Below are positions 52,457 through 64,000 of a stretch of DNA of 64,000 bases, in pieces. This DNA is from Azolla caroliniana. Its lineage: Eukaryota; Plantae; Polypodiophyta. The DNA lies in contig JBHGNT010000001.1 of NCBI GenBank assembly GCA_043228905.1, positions 9,424,001-9,488,000 on the forward strand, given 5' to 3'. Position numbers and translations under genes: made by a program. Below the pieces are notes generated by a model, which was not told where the DNA came from, made no database searches, and saw only the letters and a list, made by a program, of their open reading frames with translations. Numbering within the stretch: the first letter of the stretch is position 1; every line of letters starts with the position of its first letter.

Positions 52457-53245
52457 ATTGAACACATTGGTTAAAGTAACCATAGTCACCTTAACCAAGG
52501 TTGGTAACTTTGAGGATAGTTAGTTGGTAACCATAGTCACATTAACTAGAGTAACTTATGATTGTATTAATGATTACAAAGTCAAACTAACATATTGATC
52601 AATCTTTTATAGTCATAACAACCTACAATGACTTCAAAGGTTATGAAGGAGACAATGATAGAGGTTCATGAATGTACCAATGATTGATTACTAAAAGCAA
52701 CAATTTTTATGACTCTCAAATGTTATGTATTAAAGATGTGGGCATGAATTAACCAATGATTGATAAGTCTAATATTTAAAATGGTGAGCATTAAAGAACC
52801 AATGCGTGAGACGTTCTATATCAAAATGGGTGCCATTAATTAGCCAATGATTTTAACATTAATCCAACATATTCATGGCTTGTTAATGATTAGTTTTATA
52901 TTTTACTTGATTTAACATCATTTAGATCTAGTTTATATAATGATTGATAATTTAAGTACAATTACTTTATTAAAAATAATTTTTAGATGTATTGTATTAA
53001 TAGAATATTACATAATATAGACATTCTATTGATTTGGCTTTTGTTTAGAGAGAAGTTTATGTTTAGGGAGGAGTATATGTTTAGAGAGGAGTATAACTTA
53101 GAGAGCCCTATCTAGACCTTAAGCCATGAGTGAAGATTCACTGTTCTCGATTGAAGAATATTGTTTGTCATCAGACCCATCGTTTTCTATTGAAGAGTAT
53201 TGTTTGTCAACAGAGTCACCATATTCGATTGAAGAATATTGTCTG

Positions 53246-56200
53246 TGTAAGAAATAGACGCTTCGATTCACCTTCTTCCTTTCGGCCACAACCGAGTAAT
53301 CGCGGATCAATGCAACAGAAAATAGAAACCAAAAGAGAGAAACACACGAGTACACAGGGATTAACGTGGAAAACCCTAGATGGGAAAAACCACGGGAGTA
53401 CAAGACTCCAAACAACACTATACAAGAGAAGTATACAATGACGATCTCCAAGGCGACGACCTTGAGCTCGCTGTCCTCGCCACAGGCGGCGGAAATACAC
53501 AGAGGCGTCGTCCTCTTCCTCTCTCGCGCTCTATCTCTCTCTCTCTCACGGCTGCTCCCTCTTCACTCCTCTTAAGTGGAAAAACAGAAAAATGATAAGC
53601 AACAGTAAAACTGTTTGCCCTAAGTCATATTTATACTTATATGACTTTGGGCTATTTACAACTGTAGCCACATGGGCCCATAGGAAACATATTCACGGAT
53701 ATGTCCCTGCATCCGGATCGCTCTCCGGGTACATTCGTCATCCGGTACCGAAACCGAAACCGGGACCGTCCCATCCGGATCCGACCATCCCATTCGAAGG
53801 GACCGTAATCCCAACAAACTCCCCCTTCACTTCGGCATGGGATGTCTCTCCAATCCGATCCTCTTCCGGCATGCTTCCAGCTTGTCGGGTGTGAGCACCT
53901 TGGTCAGCATATCCGACCCGTTCTCGTCCGTGTGGATCTTCGTTAGCACGAACTCCTTGTCTTCTATCCTTTCCCGGATCCAGTGATATCTTCGCTGGAT
54001 GTGCTTCGTCCGGGAGTGATAGGCCGCGTTCTTTGCAAGGTGGATTGCACTCTGACTGTCGCAGTAGAGTCGGTACTCCTTCTGCCGGATACCGAGCTCT
54101 CCAATGAAGTCCTTCATCCATATTATTTCCTTGCCGGCTTCAACAGCTGCCATGTACTCCGCCTCCGTGGTTGACAACGCAACCGTCTTCTGCAGCCTCG
54201 ACTGCCACGAAACAGCTCCCCCTGCATACGTCATCACATACCCTGATGTGGACCGGCTGGTATCTGCATCAGCCGACATATCCGAATCGGTGAAACCGTC
54301 GAGTTCGGGTTTACCGGAGCCGAATCGGAGGCACACGTTTGCCGTGCCCTTCAGGTATCGGAGTATCCACTTGACCGCGTTCCAATGCTCTTTGCCGGGA
54401 TTGCTCATGTACCGGCTCACCACTCCGACTGCATATCCGATGTCCGGTCTCGTACACACCATGGCGTACATCAAGCTCCCGACGGCTGAGGCATACGGCA
54501 CTTTCATCATATCCTCCTTTTCAGCCTTTGTCTTGGGACTTTGCTTGCTGGACAGCTTGCAGTTTGTCGGGAGGGTCGATCCGACCGGTCTTGCTTCCGA
54601 CATGTTGAACCGGTGAAGCACCTTCGTCACGTACTTCTCCTGTGACAGCCACAACTGCTTCTTGCTCCGGTCCCGGATGATGTGCATCCCTAGTATTTGT
54701 CTCGCCGGACCCAGGTCCTTCATTGAGAAGGTTCGGTGAAGAGCCTTCTTCAGCATCCGGATCTTGACCTGGTCCCGTCCGACGATCAACATGTCGTCCA
54801 CGTACAGGAGGAGTATTAGAAAGTCTCCTCCTTCGAACTTCTTCACAAACACGCAGTGGTCGGACTGCGTTTTGAGGTACCCTTCGTCGGTCATGAAGGA
54901 GTCGAACTTCCGGTACCATTGCCGGGGAGCCTGCTTCAGTCCGTAAAGGCTCTTCTTCAGCCGGCATACCAGGTGCTCCTTCCCTTTCTTCTCGAATCCT
55001 TCCGGTTGCTGCATGTAGATCTCTTCTTCGAGGTCACCGTGAAGGAATGCCGTCTTCACGTCCATCTGTTCTACCTCGAGGTCCATGCTTGCCGCTATGC
55101 TCAGCACCGTTCGGATGGAGGTCATCTTCACTACCGGGGCAAATATCTCGTCGAAGTCGACGCCCTTCTTCTGCTGAAACCCCTTCACCACGATCCTGGC
55201 TTTGTATCTCGGGGGGTTTCCGGCATCTCCCGGTTTCAGCTTGAACACCCACTTGTTTCGAAGTGCCCGCTTTTCTTTCGGCAACTCCACAAGTTCATAT
55301 GTGTGGTTCTCATGCAGGGAATCCATCTCGTCCTGCATGGCACTCAACCACCTGCGGCTCTGAGTGTCATGTTTTGCTTCTTCAAAGCTCTCCGGCTCCC
55401 CCTCGTCGGTTAGCAGCACGTGCTCTGGTTCCGGAAATCTCCGGGGGGCCCTTCTCTCTCTTAGAGGATATCTCCGTTCCGGAGCTTCGGTAATCGGTTC
55501 TTCCGATTCTTCTTCATCCGAATCCATTTCGGGATCGGGGCCGGTTCCGGTATCATTTTCATCTTCTTCGGTCGGTTCGGTTTCTTCACCGTCTTCGGCC
55601 GGATCCTCGAGTGCTAACCGGTCCCTTGCCGGTCGGGACTGCTCCTCGTAGAGTTGATCCTCACCGGTCGACTTGGAGCTCTTCATCTTCTTCTCCGATT
55701 CCCAGTCGGCGAGTGTCTTGTCCTCCATGAAGATGATGTCTCGACTCCTGAATATCTTCTTGTCGACCGGGTCCCATACTCGGTAGCCGAACTCGTCGTC
55801 GCCGTAACCGAGGAATATGCATGGCCGGGTCTTTGGATCTAGCTTCCCTCTCCGGTCCTTTGCCACATGCACGTATGCGAGACACCCGAACACCTTCAGA
55901 TGCCGGTAGGATACTTCCCTACCGGTCCACACTCTCTGCGGCGTGTCTCCGTCCAAAGGTACTGAGGGTGATCGGTTTATCACATATGTCGCCGTCGACA
56001 TTGCCTCAGCCCAAAACCCCTTGGGTAATTTCGCATGCGCCAGCATACTCCGAACCCTCTCCATTATGGTCCGGTTCATCCTCTCGGCCAGCCCGTTCAG
56101 TTCCGGCGTCTTCGGCACAGTAAACTCGAGTCGGATTCCCTTCGAGCGACAGTACTCCTGGAACTGCCCCCGGTATTCCCCTCCGTTATCCGCTCGTATT

Positions 56201-58500
56201 GCTTTCAGCTTCTTGCCGGATTCCCTTTCCACTCTCGCGTGGAGATCTTTGAAGACGCACAACACTTGGTCCTTTGTCTTCATCGGTGCCGTCCACAGTT
56301 TTCGGCTATGATCATCGATGAATGTTACGAAGTACTGGGCTCCGCCATGTGACTTCGTTTCTACCTGACACACATCAGTGTGCACCAACTCCAATGGTGC
56401 GCTACGTCTCGTCGGTGGCCTTGAGTGGAAGGAAGTTCGGTTCTGCTTACCGGCCAGGCAATCGGTGCACTTCTCCAGGTGCACATGCTTCACTGGGATA
56501 AGGTTGTCTTCTGCAAGCCTCTTCATCCCCTTCTCACTCATGTGGCACAGTCTTTTGTGCCACAGCTCACCGGCAGTGTCGGCTGCCACATTCAGCTCTT
56601 CCGGACATAACCGGGCATTCATCAGGTACAGTGTGTTGTCTTTCCGGGCCCGAGCCACTATCAGGCTCCCCTTGCTGAACTTCATTACGCCGTTCTGGAT
56701 GCTACCCGTGTAGCCTTCGTCATCTAGCCTCCCGGCCGAAATCAGGTTCAGTCGGACCTCCGGAACGTGTCGGACATTCTTCAGCAGCATTTTGCATCCG
56801 GTCGGGGTTGTCAACCACACATCTCCTATGCCAGCAATCCGGCACGTACCTTCGTTTCCCATCCGAACACACCCATGCTCACCGGCTGTGTAGGATGAGA
56901 AGTATCTTCTCTCCGGGGTCAGGTGGAACGATGCTCCGGAATCGACCACCCAGGTCGTCTCATCGCCGGCAATGTTTAGCTCACCTTCTTCGGTGATGAG
57001 CATGATTTCTTCCTCACTTGCCGCGAGTGCCGTCGTTCCTTTCCGGTCCTGCCCTCGCCGATCCGAACCTCTCCGGTCCGTGGCTCCCCGGTATGCACCG
57101 TTTCTCTCCGGTGACTTCTTCGAATCGGAGTCGTCGGCTCCGTTGTCTTTTCGGTAATGCCGACAATTCTTTCGGAAGTGCCCCGGCTTCCCACAGTGGA
57201 AGCATGTGGGCCTTCCTCTTGACTGCGACCGGGTCCCCGACTTCTCCCGTCTTTGCGGACTCCGGTTCCATTGTCTTCCCCGATCCGATTCGGTAAGCAG
57301 CGCCTTCGGGTCGGAGGTCAGTTCTTTATCTCTCCGACGCGCTTCTTCGTTCAAAATACTTGTCTTTACCGTTTGCAAGGACAAGTTATCTTCGGTGCAG
57401 GAGGTGCTGAGAGTCACCACCAAGTTCTCCCAGCTGTCCGGCAATGTACACATCAGGATGATGGCTTGCATTGCATCCTCCAACGGGAACTTGATTGCCG
57501 CAAGCTGGTTCACGAATCCCATGAACGTGCTCACGTGTTCCACCATACTCTCGCCGTCCCGGTACTTGAGATTCACTATCTTCCTCATCAGGGAGGTCCG
57601 ATTCAACGCATTCTTCCTCTCGTAGAGGCCCGACAGCTTCTTCCACATTTCATATGCGTTGGTGTCGTTTGCCACATGTTGTAGGACGCTTACATCGACA
57701 TATTGTCGGATCGTCGCTACGGCTTTCCGGTTCAGGAGCTTCCACTCCGACTCAAGTACCCCCTTCGGTATTTCCGACCTGTCAATCGGTTCGTACAGGT
57801 CCCGAACAATCAGAAGATCCTCCATCTTGATCTTCCAGTCGGCGTAATTCTGTGCATTCAGCACCATCATCCCCGGCTGCCCGCTGCCGCCGCCTTCCAT
57901 TTTCTGCAACAGTCGCTCTGATACCAATTTGTAAGAAATAGACGCTTCGATTCACCTTCTTCCTTTCGGCCACAACCGAGTAATCGCGGATCAATGCAAC
58001 AGAAAATAGAAACCAAAAGAGAGAAACACACGAGTACACAGGGATTAACGTGGAAAACCCTAGATGGGAAAAACCACGGGAGTACAAGACTCCAAACAAC
58101 ACTATACAAGAGAAGTATACAATGACGAGCTCCAAGGCGACGACCTTGAGCTCGCTGTCCTCGCCACAGGCGGCGGAAATACACAGAGGCGTCGTCCTCT
58201 TCCTCTCTCGCGCTCTATCTCTCTCTCTCTCACGGCTGCTCCCTCTTCACTCCTCTTAAGTGGAAAAACAGAAAAATGATAAGCAACAGTAAAACTGTTT
58301 GCCCTAAGTCATATTTATACTTATATGACTTTGGGCTATTTACAACTGTAGCCACATGGGCCCATAGGAAACATATTCACGGATATGTCCCTGCATCCGG
58401 ATCGCTCTCCGGGTACATTCGTCATCCGGTACCGAAACCGAAACCGGGACCGTCCCATCCGGATCCGACCATCCCATTCGAAGGGACCGTAATCCCAACA
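53246..58500 (-). mobile_element. Intact, very young Copia element
   Basis: 571-bp LTRs at 53246-53816 and 57930-58500 (one difference noticed); TSD GTCTG; PBS-Met 57915-57926; PPT ~53820. Confidence 0.98.
53827..57900 (-). CDS. Intact Copia gag-pol polyprotein
   Basis: Single uninterrupted ORF with gag, Zn knuckle, DSGAS, HHCC/DDE integrase, YVDD and RNase H. Confidence 0.96.
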   Translation of the reverse strand: MEGGGSGQPGMMVLNAQNYADWKIKMEDLLIVRDLYEPIDRSEIPKGVLESEWKLLNRKAVATIRQYVDVSVLQHVANDTNAYEMWKKLSGLYERKNALNRTSLMRKIVNLKYRDGESMVEHVSTFMGFVNQLAAIKFPLEDAMQAIILMCTLPDSWENLVVTLSTSCTEDNLSLQTVKTSILNEEARRRDKELTSDPKALLTESDRGRQWNRSPQRREKSGTRSQSRGRPTCFHCGKPGHFRKNCRHYRKDNGADDSDSKKSPERNGAYRGATDRRGSDRRGQDRKGTTALAASEEEIMLITEEGELNIAGDETTWVVDSGASFHLTPERRYFSSYTAGEHGCVRMGNEGTCRIAGIGDVWLTTPTGCKMLLKNVRHVPEVRLNLISAGRLDDEGYTGSIQNGVMKFSKGSLIVARARKDNTLYLMNARLCPEELNVAADTAGELWHKRLCHMSEKGMKRLAEDNLIPVKHVHLEKCTDCLAGKQNRTSFHSRPPTRRSAPLELVHTDVCQVETKSHGGAQYFVTFIDDHSRKLWTAPMKTKDQVLCVFKDLHARVERESGKKLKAIRADNGGEYRGQFQEYCRSKGIRLEFTVPKTPELNGLAERMNRTIMERVRSMLAHAKLPKGFWAEAMSTATYVINRSPSVPLDGDTPQRVWTGREVSYRHLKVFGCLAYVHVAKDRRGKLDPKTRPCIFLGYGDDEFGYRVWDPVDKKIFRSRDIIFMEDKTLADWESEKKMKSSKSTGEDQLYEEQSRPARDRLALEDPAEDGEETEPTEEDENDTGTGPDPEMDSDEEESEEPITEAPERRYPLRERRAPRRFPEPEHVLLTDEGEPESFEEAKHDTQSRRWLSAMQDEMDSLHENHTYELVELPKEKRALRNKWVFKLKPGDAGNPPRYKARIVVKGFQQKKGVDFDEIFAPVVKMTSIRTVLSIAASMDLEVEQMDVKTAFLHGDLEEEIYMQQPEGFEKKGKEHLVCRLKKSLYGLKQAPRQWYRKFDSFMTDEGYLKTQSDHCVFVKKFEGGDFLILLLYVDDMLIVGRDQVKIRMLKKALHRTFSMKDLGPARQILGMHIIRDRSKKQLWLSQEKYVTKVLHRFNMSEARPVGSTLPTNCKLSSKQSPKTKAEKEDMMKVPYASAVGSLMYAMVCTRPDIGYAVGVVSRYMSNPGKEHWNAVKWILRYLKGTANVCLRFGSGKPELDGFTDSDMSADADTSRSTSGYVMTYAGGAVSWQSRLQKTVALSTTEAEYMAAVEAGKEIIWMKDFIGELGIRQKEYRLYCDSQSAIHLAKNAAYHSRTKHIQRRYHWIRERIEDKEFVLTKIHTDENGSDMLTKVLTPDKLEACRKRIGLERHPMPK

Positions 58501-61500
58501 GTCTGTCGACCGACTCACCATATTCTATCGAAGAATATTGTCTGAGCTCATCTACAGGGAATGTAAATAATGACACATGTGAAGAGTTCTCTATTGAAGA
58601 ATACAATATTAATAAAGATACCGAGAATGAAGGAAGTGCCCAGGAAACATTGAATAACATTGGCGATGGTCACAACAGAGAATTAGACTGTAACAAGGTT
58701 ACACCAACCTCTATGCAGGAAGAGAAATCTGGGAGCCCTATGCATATTAGAAGAATCCCACGAAGAATTCGTCTGGCTAGATTTAGCTTGGTGACATCAG
58801 ATAAACAGATTGGATTTGATGTCAACAAAATATGTTGTGCCCGTGGTTGTATGTCTATGATTGGAAAATCAAAGTTGCGAGAATTAAGGCGATACTATTT
58901 TTCGATGACCGGTGATGAGCAAGACACTTACCTCGGATCACATATGCAACTAGTATCTGACAAATGTACGGGGATCAAAGTATCATTAGAGTATTATATC
59001 TTCCATGCGCAACAGATATGTAGAGTTGCATTCAAAATTGCGTTATGTGTTAGTAACATGCGGCTACATAGAGTACAACAACGTCTACTTAGCGGGGATC
59101 AGATGCTCAATTGTAAAGAGGTTCCAAGTATGAAAGGTGCAATTGGAAGACTAGCTATTGGCTGGATGAAAACTTACTTTCAGTTAAATTGTGAAGTAAT
59201 GCCCACTACATGTAGGATGCATCTTTCTGATAATTATACCCGTCGGGAAGTTTATGATGTCTATCGATCTGAAATGCTGGGCTCACGTAATAAGTCTATC
59301 ACCTATAGCCAATTCACAAGATTATGGAGAGCTCGGTTTTCAAATGTTATTATTCCTCATAAAGTACGTATGGGGTATTGCTCCATTTGTGCAAATCTTA
59401 AAAGTTTGGCTAAAGGTGCAAAGACATCAATGGAAAAGGATACGAGTAAGAAGTTACTACAAGAGCATCGTGAGGCACAATCCTTAGAACGAAGGAAGGC
59501 GATGCATCATAGAGAGAAGTGTTTGAAGAGGCCTGAACAATACATGTGCTTAATGATAGATGGCATGAACCAGAAGAAGACATGCTTGCCGCATATGTGG
59601 AGGCTCCCCAAAGATGTCAATGATGAGTGCCTTGTTCAAATGCACTTGGTGGGATGCTTGGCTTATAATAGGTCTGTTCGACCTCACATCTTCATTACTT
59701 ACCCCAATGTTCACAATGACCCTAACCTAACAGTTATAGTGATTCACCGAGTTTTGATGTCTTGGGGACAACCTTTCCCCCCTGTTCTATACATTCAATT
59801 GGACAATACTGCTAGAGAGAACAAAAATTCAACTGTATTTGGCTATCTAAGTATGTTGGTCAACCTAGAATTGTTTAGGAAAGTGAAAGTCAATTTCCTT
59901 TTGGTTGGCCACACACATGACCATATAGATCAGATGTTTAGCACATTCTCCAGACAGTTGTCTCGGCATGATGCTTTCACTTTACCTAAACTATTTGATG
60001 TCATTTGTGATGCATATACACCACGCCCAAAAGTGTTACACTTGAAGGAGGTATATGACTTTAAGAGATATATATTAGATGGGGGTGGTGGGAATGTTAA
60101 AGTGCTTGCTCAGTTAAACAATATAAGTTTCAATCACATTTTTTTGATAAAGAAAAATGGAATAAGTGGTTCTACACTTTTGTATGCTAAACAATATTCA
60201 TCTTCTACAACATGGGAACCTGAAGGTGGTTGCCAGTTATTACTTTGTATGTCGAGTACAATTGTCCATGGAGCTAAGCAAATGCCAATTGAGAAGAAAG
60301 GATAGTTGCAGAGCGACTTGGTATCAGAACAAAAACGGTCATGGCTCCAAGCCTTAGAAGAAAAAAGAAAGCATATTGAGGCCACCAAGAAATATGCCGC
60401 ACAACAAGACACGTCATGGTGGGATGTATTTTATAGTGATCAGAAAGAAATTATAGACAATTGTGTATCTGTTGATAATTGGAATTTGGAAACGCCATTC
60501 ACATGATCGCGTAAATAGAAGTCCGGAGCGACTAGTAAATGCGATTAATGACAGCTTGGTCCATCCACAACAAAGAGACATTTATGTGGGACCAAGGATG
60601 ACCAAAGCAGCCGAAGCTAGATGGCAAGGAAATTTGCAAGAGCTCACCGCGGGGATGTTGATTGCAACGCCAGCTGATGAGAACTCACATGGCCACCAAT
60701 TTTGGGTTGGTAAAATTCTAGAAGTGCTAATGCATGAAATAGAAAACACGATCAAGTCTATAAATGTTCATTGGTACAACACTAGAAGTGCAAATGCTTT
60801 TACAGGTAAGTATACATTGGAGATGATTGAATGCCAAACAAGAAGGGGAGGTAGGAAGAGGAAGCGAAACATTCGTAACACCTCGACCCTTGATATCTCT
60901 GATGTGGATATCATCGTGTATGACTTCACACTTACAAAAGCCGGACGATTAAGGAAGTCAACAATAGATATAATAAAAGAAAAATTACCAGGTCTACAAG
61001 GTGGCTCGAGTCAAAGGCAAACGAGATCTGCTACATATAATCTAGAGTCAAACCATTTGGTTTATGACGAAGATAATGCACTGATTGGTACATCCGAGGA
61101 TGATGAGGAGGAATCGTCATTGTATATTAGTTATAGTAGTGATTCTCCGTAAAGGAGTGATCATGAATGTATATTTGGCTATTAAGTGTAACTACATTCC
61201 GCTTGTAACAAATCGAGTAATATAAAATCATGTGTTTTGAATTCTTATGATTTCTAAAAAATCATTTCTTATAAAATAACATTGGTTCTAAAGTTTGTGA
61301 TATAAATTGAGAATGTATGTTTTTGAAATTCGTCTTTTTTTAGTTACTTCTAAATCACGAAAATAGTGGATTTTTAACCTTTTTCATAGTATGTTTGAAC
61401 TTGTATGATACTGGTATCAATGTGTTTTGTAAAATCATTGAAAAACCCCTAAAATTTCCCTTATCCTTCCATTTATGCGCGATCCTTCCACTTGTGAACG

Positions 61501-63794
61501 CGAACGTGTTAATTCACATTTGGAGGCTAAGAACACGAACCAAGGCCTTAGGAAGAAGTCAAAAGTAAAAGTAAGAGACCAAGAGAAAAGTAAAAAGAGA
61601 AAAAGTGGACCATAAAAACCAGTAAAAAAGGAATGCTCATACTCCTTAGTTTTTCACCTAAATATTATGTTTAAATATGTGTTAGAAAGCTTGTAAAGAG
61701 AGATATCTATAGAGTTTTAAATCACTAAATTTGGAGCTTTGATGAGGGAGATATGACGATTAGAAGGTCGTTGGGTCGTAGTTAAAAATAGGAGATAAAA
61801 AGCTTCTAAAAATAGCGTGAACAAGGAAGAAGAAGAAAATTATAATAGAGAAGAGGTCCTAATAGATGAGGATTCTTAGGGAAAGGTCTTAATGGAAGGA
61901 GGGGATCTTAATAGAGGAGGAAGGATCCTAATAGAGGAGGAGGATTAGGAAGAAGGCTCTTAGTGGAAGAGGAAGGGTCTTAATTGTGGGTTTGAATGTG
62001 GATTTTATCTCCTTTGTATTGTCTTGATATTGGAATATCATAACAATCTTATCTCTTTCTCATCTTCTCTATCTTTTTTCTTAATTTCTTGAGTCTCTCT
62101 CTCTCTAATTCGTAGATACCTTGATCTATATAATATATTATGAGTCACAACTCCATCTAACCGGTTTGGTCAAGCCCTCATATAGTGTAAGATTACCCTT
62201 TGTCTTAAACACCCTATCACTATGGTCTACATGAGAACAGACATAGCTTTTGTTGTGGGAACAGTAAGCCGATACATGAGTAATCCAAGAAGAGAACATT
62301 GGGCAGCGGTGAAGTGGATACTCATGTACTTGAAAGGCACCTCGAGAGTATGCCTTAGGTATGGTGTCGGGAAACCTATGCTTGAAGGGTTTACCGACTC
62401 GGACATGTTAGGGGATGTAGACTCAAGTTGATCCACATCAGGGTACGTGATGACCTATGCAGGGGGAGCAGTATCGTGGCAGTCACGACTGCAGAAGTCG
62501 GTTACCTTGTCAACCATAGAGGCAGAGTATATGGCAGCGGTGGAGGCCGGCAAAGAACTTATTTGGATGAGAAATTTTCTCAATGAGTTGGGGATGAAGC
62601 AAAGGGAGTTCTTGCTTCATTGTGACAGCCAGAGTGCCATACATCTAGCAAAGAATGTTGCATACCACTCCCGAACCAAGCATATACAAAGGAGATCTCA
62701 TTGGTTACAGGAGAAAGTGGAAGAAGGAGAGTTTACCCTTGTGAAGATCCATACTGATGACAATGGATTCGACATGATGACAAAAAACCTACCGATGGAC
62801 AGACTCAGAATCTATCAACAGAGGACGGTAATAACGGACCCCTCCCCACTGGAGTGAAGGGGGAGTTTGTTAGGAATATGTCCCTTTAGTGGGAGGAGCC
62901 GACTACTCAGAAAGAGCCGATAGTCAAAGACAAGGGAGTAGCCGACTAATCGGATGAGAGCCGACACCTGAGGAGTCAACTCTGAGAGAGTCGACATGGA
63001 GAATTGATCGAGGTCGAAGCCACGACCGGCTAGTCGGGCCGACCGGATGGTCGATGATTAGGCCAACTAGTCGAACCGACCTGATAGTCGACGAATGAGT
63101 CGGTTGATTAGTAAGACTATTACATGATTGTAAATAGCCCATTCTATTTATTAGTATAAATACACGTAGGGCAAACAAAATAGTGTATGAATTGAGTGAG
63201 TGAGGGGCACCATAGTGAGTGAGTGAACAGAATAGTAGAGGGGTAAAAGCATGCGAGTGGAAACACTAGTATAGCTAATTAACTACTAAAATGGCCATAG
63301 CTAATTAGCTATTTGTTTAGCTAGTCTTTTTTGTGGGAAAATCAAATATTTGAAAAACTAATTTATGAAAAAACTCAAATATTTGAACTTCTGTTTCAGA
63401 CGTAGTGGAACTTGGGGAATAACACCATCATCTAAGGTCGACTTCAATGTCATCAATTTCCTGTTTAGCCTAAGTTTGATTTTGAACGCAGATGGAGTAC
63501 GCAGAGCACGAACGCAGACGTAGCTCCCGCAGCAGCAGAAAATCAACATTGCAGATTCAGAGCTACAACATAGAACCCACTCGATCATCGTCTAGGTATG
63601 TTTCAGTTACAGAAACCCCAAACATTTGTTTTTTCTTTTTTACTACTGTTTGAACTTTGGTGCCGATTCATATTTCCCCAAATCAAATAGGGCGAAGTCC
63701 TTAGAGTCCCATACAAGGATGTCTCGTAGATCGGGGAGTAGCAGCAGGTGTGTTTATATTACTTTTTTTGTGTTTAATCCTATCTTTAGTGATG

Positions 63795-64000
63795 ATTAGG
63801 GTTTCTGATTGAAATTTCTTATTAGGGTTTTTGTTTATAAATTTCGGATTAGGGTTTGTGATTGAAATTTCGGATTACGATTTCTGATTGAAATTTCTGA
63901 TTAGGGTTTTTTATTATAAATTTTTCATTAGAATTTCTGAATAGGGTTTCTGGTTACAAATTTTGATTACAGATTAGAATTTTTGAATAGGGTTTTTGTT
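63795..64000. repeat. Degenerate TTAGGGTTT-containing repeats
   Basis: Repeated gattagggttt(c/g)tgattgaaatttc-like units. Confidence 0.6.

Larger units (their letters stand above)
53126..61152 (+). pseudogene. Sola-like DDD transposase interrupted by a Copia insertion
   Basis: ATG at 53126; after removing 53246-58505 the frame joins ORF 58650..60305; CSIC..H, LMIDGM, IQLDNTARENKN and VGHTHDHIDQ motifs; stop at 60303 and frameshift at ~60500. Confidence 0.85.
46892..61510 (+). mobile_element. TIR DNA transposon (Sola-like) carrying a ParB-methyltransferase gene
   Basis: 36-bp TIRs at 46892-46927 and 61475-61510 (35/36 match); flanked by AATT on both sides (alternative parse: TTAA); transposase plus divergent cargo gene. 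Confidence 0.9.
46830..62219. mobile_element. Solo LTR (~770 bp: 46830-46891 plus 61515-62219) interrupted by the DNA transposon
   Basis: TG..CA ends; TSD CTATG splitting GSLMYAM|VYMRTD. Confidence 0.8.
43684..63230 (+). mobile_element. Copia family B element, host of the nested solo LTR, DNA transposon and young Copia
   Basis: 5' LTR 43684-~44229; PBS 44233-44244; gag from 44256; IN-RT deletion at ~46130; RT split at 46829/62220; PPT ~62855; truncated 3' LTR from 62868. Confidence 0.9.

Noticed and set aside
52470-52860. Repeated CCAATGATT and GTAACCATAGTCAC motifs in the divergent promoter region
   Set aside because: Plausible regulatory motifs, but too short and AT-rich to call by eye
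54104-57684. Many short + strand ORFs here and over other pol regions
   Set aside because: Antisense shadows of GC-rich pol coding sequence

Overview
Plant-type heterochromatic window made almost entirely of nested transposons. The element types suggest a non-seed land plant (inference), and no host gene is evident. It contains several Ty1/Copia elements, including one intact and very young copy at 53246-58500. It also contains two decayed Ty3/Gypsy elements, a non-autonomous chromovirus with a Tf1-like self-priming signal, and many solo LTRs, most with readable TSDs. The standout is a ~9.4-kb (native) TIR DNA transposon at 46892-61510 with 36-bp TIRs. It encodes a Sola-like DDD transposase and, divergently, a six-exon gene for a ParB-like domain fused to a prokaryote-type beta-class N6A/N4C DNA methyltransferase. 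Intron 1 of that gene holds 13 palindromes at a 51-bp period, resembling parS sites. A diverged second copy of the gene (18576-22219) has the same exon structure and a related palindrome in intron 1, and is flanked by an unusual 784-bp direct duplication. All calls are by eye from the sequence and ORF track; no database searches were run.
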